A DNA stretch of 63,854 nt, filler included, from Diploschistes diacapsis (lineage: Eukaryota): assembly GCA_023645945.1 (NCBI GenBank). It is 11 parts of 11 records of this genome, joined end to end, with 100 filler letters (N's around TTAATTAATTAA, not from the genome) between each part and the next. Parts side by side here need not be neighbours in the genome. Positions count along the whole stretch, not along the records: positions 26,281 to 29,976 come from JALAIB010001871.1; positions 30,077 to 33,768 come from JALAIB010001872.1; positions 33,869 to 37,551 come from JALAIB010001873.1; 8 more parts are not named here. The stretch is one strand, 5' to 3'. Shown here one piece after another: positions 26,281 to 36,988 of the stretch; position 1 is the first letter of the stretch, and each line of letters opens with the position of its first letter. The notes beneath the pieces were generated by a model. That model searched no databases. It had not been told where the DNA came from and saw only the letters and a program-made list of their open reading frames with translations. The translations under genes were made by a program, and so were the position numbers.

Positions 26281-27120
26281 CTCGAATAAGAAGGAAATTA
26301 TCGTAGAATTTAATATAAAAATAATCGATAACGTATTTATCGATAACGTCGGGTATTTTAATACGAAGTTTATTATAATAAAATTAACGTATTTATTTTT
26401 AAATCGATTCGTAAATGTTAAAACGTTTTATACGCTCGTAAGATCTTTTATATTATAAAAAGTACTTGATGAAGATTTTGGGTTTTGTTTTTTTAAGGGC
26501 CGTAAGAGGCTCGTCGCGAAGGATTTTTTAATAATAAGTCGATTAGTTTTTTTAAGTCGTTTTTTAACGATAAATAATTAAAGTAATTAGGTTATATTAA
26601 ATAATATCGATATCGATAAATCTAATTTTTTAAAATATCTTTCGTCTATTTTCGTTTAATATATCCGACCGAAGTTCAAGATCGTTTTCGCTGTCCGAGC
26701 TTGCTAATAGACTTATATACGGGTTCTGAATTAAAAAGACGGGTATTTTCGAAAAGATCGAAAACGAATATAAATCGATCTGGGACAAGGAATTTAAAAA
26801 GATAAAAGTCGAATTATAAAATACTTAAAAATTAAAAAGAAGAGAAAATAAAGAAAAGAGAGATAGTAAAATAAAAGAACGGGTTCGAGATGCCAGGAGC
26901 TAGAAAACGAAAATGATATAATAAAGATGATTAGGAGGCTTCGTCGGCGGTTATAAAGAAATAGATTTCGTTTTCCGTCGAAATATACAAGAAGACGTTA
27001 AAAAATAAGGACGTTGCGAATAATATTAAAAACGAAGCTAAATATAGGCGTTAAATAACCCGCCAAGATGACGGTTTTAGTGGGTAGCAGGTTCCTGCTA
27101 CCTCGGGAGCAGGTTCTTAA
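26281..27120 (-). mobile_element. RIP-mutated 5' end of a probable Starship element; captain (DUF3435 tyrosine recombinase) N-terminal relic at 26716-26281
   Basis: AT-rich, CpG-retaining block. One minus frame from ATA (ex-ATG) at 26716 reads ISLLASSDSENDLELRSD...*YNLITLIIYR*KTT*KN*STYY*KILRDEPLTALKKTKPKIFIKYFL*YKRSYERIKRFNIYESI*K*IR*FYYNKLRIKIPDVIDKYVIDY...FLLIR. This fits the captain N-terminal pattern W..YC..+...P...L....F..+.W.....RIK+.S....WK.+RQ.Y. The catalytic region lies beyond the contig end. Confidence 0.6.
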
Positions 27121-27304
27121 AGCAGCGACGTCGAGATTAAACTCGAATAGGCACGCCAAACCGTTTAAAGGAATTACCTTCCACGAGGTTAACGCGGGAA
27201 ATCATCCCATTTTAGCCTTTGTACTCTTTGGACATTAATGTAAACTCTACACACTAGGTTGTTCGTCGTTGTGTCACTGCATGTCTGGCTCCATCTGTTT
27301 ATCG

Positions 27305-29246
27305 ATGGCTTCTTTAAGCCCACTTAAGCGCTCGCATGAGTCTATGGACTTGCTGAGCGCGGAGCTTCCACCAACTAACCAAGCGAGCTCCCCCACATCT
27401 TTGTCAACGTCCAAAAGCATCGAATCTACTCCAAGAGCTCAGACAACAGAGCCTTTGACCAAAATTATGGACTCGGCCCCGCCATCATCGGAACTGGGCT
27501 ACAATGTAATGAAGCCCCAAGAAGCTAGGCCGGACGATTCTATACAAGGCGCTCCGAAAGAGCCACCAGCTAAGAAGCGAAAGAAGCTAACAGACGTGGA
27601 GAAGCAGGAAAAGGAAGAGGAGAGGCTCCGTAAGGAGGCAGCGAAGCGTGAGAAAGAGGAAGAGAAGAAGCTGAAGCAGGCACAAGCGGAGGAAGCCCGA
27701 AGAATAAAGACGGAAAAGGACGAGGAGAAGAGGAAGGCCAGAGAGGCCGAGAAAGCCCAGAAGGACGAGGTAAAGAAACAGAAGGAAGAGGAGAAGGCGA
27801 AAAAGGCGAAGGTAGGTTATGTCCCGCAAATGCTGCGTGAACGCTAATCTTCCAAGTCTCAACCACGGATCAACAATTTCTTTGCAAAACCTGTGCCTGC
27901 TTCAGGGTCGGCGGAGTCAAGCCGGCGTAACTCCATAGGTTCTTGCGATGGATCTTCGCCTATAAAAAGCAGTCGAGCAGGATTGGCACCTTCCCAGTCG
28001 GTGGCTGATGAGTATATTAAGGCCTTTCCGCCGTTCTTTGTGCATCAATATACAACCATGGCCCCCATTCTACATCCTCCGGTTGAAAAAGTGGAATTGG
28101 CTTTAGATGCAATTTTCAGAGGCAGCGAAGTGAGTAGCGTTACTACGGACACTTTACCTTCTCTTAGTAGAGAAGCTCTGCATCTCGTCTCGGCTCGCCC
28201 CAAGAAGTGGAAAAGATACATTGTGCCACCTTCAGTGAAAGAGCTTGTGTCTAAATTGAATGGTTCCGCTTGGGACTCAGTAGACCTTACTACAACATCC
28301 ACCGCCAGTATGACGCCTACGAAGGCTGAGGAAGTCTTACGAAACATACCGATAAAGTATCTCAAGTACCACGAGGATGTCAGACCACCCTGGAAAGGAA
28401 CTCGGACAAAGCCATTGAGCCGCACAACCTTTAGAAAGCTTTGCCGCACTCCATACGCTCGCGTTATTCCGGAAATCAACTACGAGTACGATTCTGAAGC
28501 CGAGTGGGAGGAGCCAGGGGAGGGCGAAGAACTGCTGTCAGAAGACGAAGAGGAGGACGATGGAGACAATGAAGATCTAGAAGGCTTCCTTGATGACGAA
28601 GGTGACGAGGGCGCGGTGCTGAAACGTCGGCAAATTCTAGGAGACTTAGAGCCAATCTGCACGTTGGTGCACTGGGAAAGTTCGGAACCTGGTAATCAGA
28701 GCCGCAACGTCGCCTACGGCCAATCAACGATAGATCTGGCCTCGTTCAAGATTCAGGTTCTGCTTCGTAAGTCCTGCCTACTGCGACTACTATTCACAAG
28801 CTCTACTAACCGTCTCAGAAACTACCCCCACCCTTCCAATCGACCCCTTCTCAACCTCCTACTGGACCCCCTCCCCATCCACCACCGAAACCACCGACAC
28901 CGCCGCCTCGAACACCCTCCTGAACATGGGTCCCCCCATCCGCACACCGCTCCATCCAATCAAAGGGCCCAACCAACTTATATCCACGAAGCCGGCCTCT
29001 GCAGACGGCGCCAACACCAAGGCAGCCGTGAAACTCTCAAACGCCAAACCGCTCGATCGCGAACTCCTCCACGAATTCAAGAGCGCAGTGGACGGCAGCG
29101 ATCTGACGAAACTGGGCCTGATCGAGATTCTGAAGAAGAGGTTTCCGACCGCGACGAGGGCCACGGTCGAGCAGACGCTGCTGCAGGTGGCGCAGAGGGT
29201 GGGGGCCAAGCCGAGCGAGAAGAAGTGGAAGCTGCTTGATTCTTGA
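27305..29246 (+). CDS. RLF2: Chromatin assembly factor 1 large subunit (p150/Cac1), 3 exons (27305-27811, 27857-28766, 28819-29246)
   Basis: KER coiled coil, PIP-box-like QPRINNFF, KYLKYHEDVRPPWKGT, INYEYDSEAEWEE followed by an acidic ED tract, PIDPFSTSYW, and a C-terminal winged helix (FKSAVDGSDLTKLGLIEILKKRF...KKWKL). Introns are canonical with CTAAC/CTAAT branch sites. Confidence 0.93.
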
Positions 29247-29673
29247 AGGTGACTCTGCACAGGGATGCGATCGGGTATACTTTTGTATGTTGGTACGGAA
29301 ACATCGTCCGGCTCGGTTTTCCTCGCACGCCGCGATATCTATTTGGCACTCGCTGTGACAGGAGAGGACGAGAACGGTCTTCTTGGCGGATGAAGAGTCT
29401 ATGCTGTGTGGTATCCCTAATCTAGCGCCGTCTATGGCGTTTTCGAGGGATGACATTACGAATCGGAATCAATGGTGTTGCTTCGCGGTTGATATCTTGT
29501 CCATTTTTGCCGGCGCATTTCAGCGCGTTGGCGGCTTCGGATGTTGTAAGTCATGTAATGAAATAGATAGACATTACGAGTGTAAAGGATCCGAAACGTG
29601 CACTTGCAATTACGCCTTTTTCCGGACACGATACCCCCAAGCAGTGGACAAGAAGAAGCGATTGGGCCTGTAT

Positions 29674-29976
29674 TCAAGCGAGGAAGACCAGGTATCCTCT
29701 GCAGCCGCAGTCCTCCACGCCACCTTCCTCAAAGCTCCTTCCCCCTCTTCTCTTCGTTCGGCCCGTCGAATACCTCATGCACCCTCATATCGATCCCGAC
29801 CCTGAACGTCTTTCCCCTCCACACCACCTTCGTCCCGCCGAGCACAGCCCACGCCCACACGGGGAAGGCCAGCACCTCCCGCCCCAGCCAGGCGCCCATC
29901 CACTGCCGAAATCCCTTCCATCCTCTTCTGGCGCCCCGGTTCCTGCGACCCCCTCTACCCTTCGCATCTGCCCCAT
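29674..29976 (-). CDS. Ceramide glucosyltransferase (GT21, GCS1/HSX11), C-terminal fragment only
   Basis: FRQWMGAWLGREVLAFPVWAWAVLGGTKVVWRGKTFRVGIDMRVHEV...LA*. This matches the conserved C-terminus of fungal glucosylceramide synthases; the rest is beyond the contig end. Confidence 0.8.
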
Positions 29977-30076
29977 NNNNNNNNNNNNNNNNNNNNNNNN
30001 NNNNNNNNNNNNNNNNNNNNTTAATTAATTAANNNNNNNNNNNNNNNNNNNNNNNNNNNNNNNNNNNNNNNNNNNN

Positions 30077-31800
30077 AGACAGGTTTAGATCGAGAACGGT
30101 TATAAGATTATAAAGAAATCCGTCTTGATCTTCTATTTTAAAATAATATTCTTCGATCTTTATGATGGCGGTCTTAATCGCGGGAATGATATTATTACAA
30201 AATCGTTCATGTTTAGATAACTTATTTTTAGATTTTATTAGCTGGTCCTCGAGGTGATTTATAATAGTATTATAAAAGATAAAGGAGCGATATAGAAGAG
30301 ATTCTCGAGATCGCGATAAAATATCCGTAAGTTTTATTAAAGGTTATAAAACGGAAGTTATTAATCGAATATGAAACTATTCTTCATCCGTAACTTTAAG
30401 TTTACGTAACTTATCTCGAAAATTTCCGCTTAAATCTTATATTTTTTATTTAAGCTATCTTACGATCGCATTTTTTTTATAATATGCTTAAGTGATCATC
30501 TAATACGTATTATTCTAGCGAACAGCGAAATCTTTTTGAATTATCGAGGGTTGTTTTACGATCATGTCTCGTTATAACGTTAAAAAACGTTCGTAATAAG
30601 TAACCGAAGAATTAATCATACTTATAAAAATGTAAATCTATTATAATTAATATCTCTTCGTAAGAATTAAACGTAAGAATTTAAAATTTACCTTAACGAT
30701 TATATTTATAGGGCCTATTATTACCGAGATTTTTGCGATACGCGAGTTATTATTAAACTCGTTTTCGTCGTTAGCCGGGGCTTGGATATCTAGCTTATTA
30801 TAAAAAACTTTAACTACGAGTTAAATAACATGCGCAAGATAAGGTATATTAAATCTATCCGGGTCCTAATCGGTTCTATTCTTTCTTATATATCTTGTAA
30901 GAACACTACGCGCGCGGATAAGATTAATACTATTATTACTTGTCATTCCAAACAACCGTGAATGTAGGTTATGTTTATATAACACGTCGAAGATCGTTTT
31001 CCTTAGTTTTTCTTTCGTAGCCTTGCCATGTATCGGAAGTATATTAAGTAAAATTTTACAGAATTTCTATTAACTATTAATCCAATAAACCATAATTATT
31101 AAAAAATGTAAATAATTAATTAACGTCCAACAATCAACCGTAATATTAATTTTATTATTCGATTTAAACGTATTAATATATTGAGTTTGTACGTCGTTAA
31201 ATAACTTATCTAGTTACTATCTTATCTTAATTCGGCTTAGTAATTATATAGTAAACCCGAAACTTCTAAACAGCTTTTCTGTAACAGGATTCTCCGTCTA
31301 ACGAAATAAAAGATTCAGATTCAATCCGAATATTAATAAATCACGAGTTATATCACGTTTCTCGTTTTTATTCGTTATTCGCATTATTAAATTACGGGAA
31401 GAACCCTTCTATAAAACCTTATATTAATTTATATTTTAATTAATTTCTCACGTTTATTTCTTACAACCTATTTACCGAAAAGAAATATTAAGAAATGGTT
31501 CGTTGATTCGCGCGATTGGATTTAGAGTTAACTTGAGATAGAGCGTTGTGTTGCTTTTTTTTATGTTTAGACATTCCTTTACTGCCTTATATAGAAGTTC
31601 TAGGATGCTGGAAAACTTGGTAATAAATTGTGTATTGGACTTTAAGATTTCTATCATTCAGCGCTACGATTTGGCGAAATGTATCTTATATTTCCATTCT
31701 TTTTTTTATTGACCAGAGGTTTGCTAATTCGGGAATATAGCCCCGTTTGCCCGGCGTTGAACATGCCAAAACTAACTCGCCGGAACCGAACTTTGTATTT
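30077..31800 (-). mobile_element. RIP-inactivated hAT-superfamily transposase
   Basis: Ordered hAT motifs: INITVDCWT (first D, ~31124-31150), FLIIMVYWI, PIHGKAT, RLFGMTSNN (ex-TSDN), IPYLAHVI*LVVK (ex-CxxH), QKDFAVR*NNTY*M (ex-D..RWNSTY.M). Very AT-rich with many TAA/TAG stops. Confidence 0.88.
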
Positions 31801-32619
31801 TTTTATCATGAAATGAACTGGGTTTAAAGAATTATCGTTTTATCGGGCGTAGAATCGGCTATAGCTTTAGAAGGATAAACTATATAACGGCGATCCTTGC
31901 TTTCTATAATTATTACGTTTTCGTAAACTTTTTTTTCGAAAGATGATGTCGAAAAAGGATCGTTCATGAATACGTTCGGAGATAAGTACTAAATGTGAAA
32001 GAATTCGTTTACTGAATTTGGAAGAGAATTAAAATAGCGTTTAATAATTTGACGAGAATTTAAAGCTCTTAAAGATTGACGACGATTTGTTAATTATTGT
32101 AATATTAATTAAATAGTCGATCAGGTATGTAAGATATTAGATTTTAAGGCCGAGAAAATAACAATAACGGACTATTCAGGCCGATTAAAAATCCGAATTT
32201 AAAAAAAGTTAGTCTATCACGGATAATAGATAAGAACTTTATATAAAAAACTTTTTTTTTGTAATCGAGTAACTTCTATCATCGACAACGTTATGTAGAA
32301 TTTTTTCTTTTATCGTTTTTCGTTTGCGCGGTAATATATAAGACCGTTTCTTTTCTCCGTCTTTAAGCTATGCGATGGGATATAGGACCGTTTATTTCTT
32401 TCGTTTTCCGTTTACGCGATAATACACAGAATTATAATATTTTAAAAAAGAACAATAGGAAATAAAGGATAAAATATTATATCTTTACGGTAACATAAAG
32501 CTTCGGATAAGATAAAATGGTCGTAAGAAATGATCGTGAAAAATGGTCGTAAGAATATGATTAAGTATTTATTTAATCTTTATTAATTATTTTATATGAT
32601 ACTTTCTTGAGCTTTCAGG

Positions 32620-33768
32620 TTAATTTTTTATAAGCCAATCGTTGTTCATTTGGGCCTCTTCGTTTCCGTTATCCTTATTCTTATCCTTAATTTCATCGTC
32701 CGAATCAGACTCTTTCGTACTGGCTTTTCCATCTTCATCCGTTACCACAAAGCCATCTTCGGGATTAATCAAGTATACGCTGATCCCACGTTCTTTTTCT
32801 TTAGGAATGGTTTGATCGTTTTCTATCTAATAAGCGGAAAAATCGAAATAAAGACGCAACTGCCTAAAAACATATATTAGTTATTATATATCGTGAAAAA
32901 TAAACGTAAGAAATCAATATACTCCGGATCACGATCCTATAAAATATTTTTCTTATAATAACAATCGTTTTAGATCATGTCGGCGATCTCTTTCTAAGCT
33001 TTGGCTATCGTATTATAGGCTTTTTATTCTTTATGGGCTATTTTTAGCTACTATATGCCCGCCTTCCTTATAAAGCGCCAAAACATCCTATCCGTTACCT
33101 CGCTTATCGCCAGTTTTCGAAAAGATTTATGATCTACGGCCTTTTTCCTACTAGAAAATAAGGTAGGTAACGAGTTCAAAGACTTTTTTAAATTATCGGC
33201 TTTCATAATCTATTCGTTTAAGGCTTCTGACGTAATCTTAATCTTAAAATTTTATTCTTATTCTTTACGTTATCGATAAATACGCTTTTTTATTATATCT
33301 TTTATCTCGTTTATTAGCCGTGAAGAATAAACGTAAGAAATAATTATTAAATAATCTAGTTCTATATCGTTTTACTATTTTTCGATCTTCTAAAGCTTTA
33401 ATAAGTTGATCCCGATACTCCTCGTTATTTTTATATATAATTTCGGGATAGTAAGAAGTCTTATTATCTTTTTTATATACGAAAGCTTTTTTTTAAACGT
33501 ATCGTGTCGCTTAACGATCTACGTCACGCGCTATTTAGATAAGATCGGCATCCGGCGAAAACTCGCGACGTCGCTTACGAATTACGACAGTTACGGAATT
33601 GTTTAATAGTTGAATATTAGGTTTAATATTTCTATTTTACTTTTTTAAGGCCCCGCGATTTCGATTAATAATACGTTTAATTTTCTCTTAACCGATGGAC
33701 AGCTATTAAAAGATAAGGTCGTGAAAAATAACCGTGAGAATTAATTTATAAAAGAGATAGTATCCACG
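32620..33768 (-). pseudogene. Second RIP-mutated, intron-containing gene upstream of the hAT transposase within the same repeat
   Basis: Same RIP signature as the transposase. Clear intron 32922-32864 (GTATAT...CTAAT...TTAG) and an acidic C-terminal relic (…GFVVTDEDGKASTKESDSDDEIKDKNKDNGNEEAQ…). Family not recognised. Confidence 0.45.
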
Positions 33769-34252
33769 NNNNNNNNNNNNNNNNNNNNNNNNNNNNNNNN
33801 NNNNNNNNNNNNTTAATTAATTAANNNNNNNNNNNNNNNNNNNNNNNNNNNNNNNNNNNNNNNNNNNNGTGGTGTTGGCAACGGTATTCGTAGTGCTAGT
33901 GCCAGTGGTCATGGTGGCGTCCGAGAAATCTGGTGGCGGCGAAGGGCCCGCCATGTGCGGGGTGGGGGTGGGAGCGAGTGAGGGGATGAGGGAATTAGTC
34001 GGACGGGGAGGTTTTTCAGTTTTTTTTCGGTTTGCTGTTCTTGGCGAGGATGAGATGGAGAAGCGAAGCAGGCAGGGCTTGCCGTTGATCCGTACCTATA
34101 ATGTAAAAAGCTTGTTTGAAAAAAGAAAGACATGTTCTGTGCGTTTTCTACATGTGCACCTTCATTTCGAGCATTTCATTAATGCGCTCCTGCTTAGGCA
34201 TTTGGTTTGGAAAAAAGAATACAAGGTTCACGAGCAACTCTGCCTGTGCTTC

Positions 34253-34281
<29 letters not shown>
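34253..34281 (+). repeat. (GCA)n microsatellite
   Basis: About 9.7 perfect GCA units. Confidence 0.95.
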
Positions 34282-34283
<2 letters not shown>

Positions 34284-34561
34284 TGCAACAGGTTTCTGAA
34301 GCCATATTATTCGTATCCTTCCTAGCTCCATCACATCATGACACACTGCATATGCCAGTCATTCGGTTCCACAAGCCCTAGCTACGAATGTGCCACCTTT
34401 TTGTACATACCAGCCCCCCCCCCCATCAATAAGCAAACCCCAAGCAGCTACGCCTTGGTGGTAATGCCAGGCATCCGCCACCAACCCAACTGGGCTCTCC
34501 ACCAAAATCGAGGCCACGGCTGGCGACCCCCGACAAGCACGTGTGCAAAAGCGCTAAAAGC

Positions 34562-34609
34562 GAAGAAGAAGAAGAAGAAGAAGAAGAAGAAGAAGAAGAA
34601 GAAGAAGAA
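34562..34609 (+). repeat. (GAA)16 microsatellite just downstream of the STE12 stop codon
   Basis: 16 perfect GAA units. Confidence 0.95.
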
Positions 34610-34682
34610 TCGTAAAGAAAATTTCGTCTATCAGGTGTCGTCACTTCGTCTTCCCGCATCGCTCGTCCATTATCGAGACCTT

Positions 34683-36988
34683 TCACATTTGGCCCTGCAG
34701 CATCTGCTGCTGAGCCTGTATCAGCTGGCTGGGCGCCGCCATGCTCATTGCCGGATGGTGGTTGCTCATCATCGCCATGTTGACCCCGCCCGTTACCATG
34801 GGTGATGGATGGGGTATGCCGCTGGAAAGGTAGCCTTGTTCGTCCCGGGGCGAGCCTTCATCGACGTCCCCAAGCTCCCGTTCTTCGTTCTCAAGGTCTT
34901 CCTCTTCGATGTTGGGGACCTCACCGTCTGCTCGTGGTTCGTGAATGCGACGGTGTCTGGTCAGTCTGTCAGAGGAACGCTTTCGGGCGTGGGTAATGGC
35001 GCGACTTACTGCGCTAAATTGTCCGAGCGCGAAAAGGCCTTGTTGCAATGAGGACAGATGTAGGGCCGCTCTTGTGTGTGCGTGCGAACGTGTCTAAGCG
35101 CCCACGGGTCAGTTCGGCGGCTACAGCACGGGAAGCTAGTTTTAGCAACCGACGTTGCTCGGACTTACCGTTTCAAATGTTCTAGCCTTTTGAATAAGCG
35201 CCCGCAAGCAGGAATTGGGCAAGAGCGTGACTTTTGCGGATATGGCCCGAGCTCCATCATAGTGGCGCTTCGTGCCCTGCGCACGGGACCCGATCGGCCG
35301 GTTGGGCTCGTAGTCGACGAGCCAGACGGATCGTCTTGGGAATAAGGCTGGAAATCCTCGGGATGCGGTAGCGAGTTGACTTGCTGATGGGCCGGACTTC
35401 CCTCCATGGTCGGCAGGGGGGATTCATGACGAGCGAGGTCCAAAAGTTCCTTGTGCTGCGCAATGATGCCGTGGTAGTTGATCGGCACCGCTGGCGAATG
35501 CTGTTCCACCTCCTCGCCTTCTGCAACCGGACCGACGGGTATGGACATGGATCGTCGAAGGTCGCTGCCCCTGTGTGGAGCATGGGGCATACCGTTCGAG
35601 GCGACAGCAGCAGTAGCAGCGGCGGCAGCAGCAGCAGCAGCAGCAGCTACAGTGGTGGTGATGCCTGGCGGGATCGAAGAGCGCCGTCTTCTCTGCTTGT
35701 AGGTTGGCGAGCCTTCAATCACGGAGTAGACGGCATTTCCAGGATAGCCTCGTTGGCTTCCGGCGTATTGCATCCCGTGTACTGCATTCGGAGGCAGGAC
35801 CATCATCGGCTGGTAGCCCTGAGACGGGTTGACGTCCGGAATGGCGCTGTAGAGCCCAGTCTCCTCGTTGGCGATGTACGCCGGCTCTGCGTTCAATGCT
35901 TGAGCATGTTGCGGCGGAGTGACCGGCTCGTACGAGATGCCCCGGTTGCTGTAGTCTTCGTAGTGGGATGAGACGAACGAGGGCGCGGGAGAGTACTCCA
36001 TGTAGGCAGGCATCGAGGTATGTCGCTGATGGACTCTGCCGATCGGAACGCCGTTGCGATCGTATTGCATCTGGGAATAATCTTGCTCCCTCTTTGCGAC
36101 ATGCTGGGCCAGGGTAGATGGCATCGGGGCTTGAGCGTATGCGGCCATGTGACTCCCCATTTCCTCGGACACGGGCGGTAGGGGCTGTGGGATCATCGGT
36201 GGCGGTGGCATGGAATCGACGGCCCTCATGACGGGCGACGCGGGCGAAGAGTAGGCGTTGCCACCGGCGTTCGCGGCGAAAGAAGAAGTGTTGGCCTGCT
36301 GCGCCTTGGTGAGTTGCTCGAAGAGCGATTGCGACGAGTCGAATTCAAAGGAAAGGGCGGGCTCGCTAATGGCCATGGTCGTGGCCTCCTGGGCCATCTT
36401 CTCTCTCTTCAGGTCACGCTCAAGGGCATCGAGGAACAGTCGATCGTGGGGGACGCTGTACCAATAAAAGACCTTTTGTTTCTTTTGTGTGCGTATGCAA
36501 TTGTTCTTGTAGAGGAAGTCGAGGAAGGCGCTCTTGGGCTCCTCCAGCGACGCATCAGTACCCGACTTCAGGTTCCGCAAGTCTGAGAAAACACCCTCCT
36601 CGAACTTCTTCGGGTTCTTGACGGGTCGGCCAAAGGCCTGAAAGCGAAACGACAAGCACCGCACAATGTCCGTACCCGAGATGTGGAAGAGGTTGTTCCA
36701 AAGCACGCACGAGACGTATTCGCCGGTGGGCAACAGGAATCGTCGTATGTATTGGTCTGGGGTCCAGTCGACGGGGGCTGAGATGAGGAAATACTTCACT
36801 GCGTTGGGAGAGACGTGTCAGATGCATGCGACGACGAAAGGGTCGGAGCTATACTTACAATTATCTACCTGCTGTAGAGCTACCTGCGCATCCTGTGGCA
36901 GGCTTTGCTGCGCTTCGTTGGAGAGCATAAAGGTTTCCGGCTTCTGCGGAGGAGCCATGGCGGACTGCGACGGAGCCTGAGAATTCAT
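34683..36988 (-). CDS. STE12: Ste12/SteA transcription factor (STE homeodomain + two C2H2 fingers), 4 exons (36988-36859, 36798-35169, 35093-35010, 34956-34683)
   Basis: [23 protein letters not shown]...[16 protein letters not shown]...[31 protein letters not shown]...[30 protein letters not shown]. Zinc fingers [23 protein letters not shown] and [21 protein letters not shown]. Confidence 0.97.

Noticed and set aside
6400..27180. One ~21-kb Starship with the captain at 26.7 kb and the oxygenase and NLR graveyard as cargo
   Set aside because: The captain fragment and the graveyard are on different contigs joined by an artificial spacer, so there is no evidence of physical linkage.
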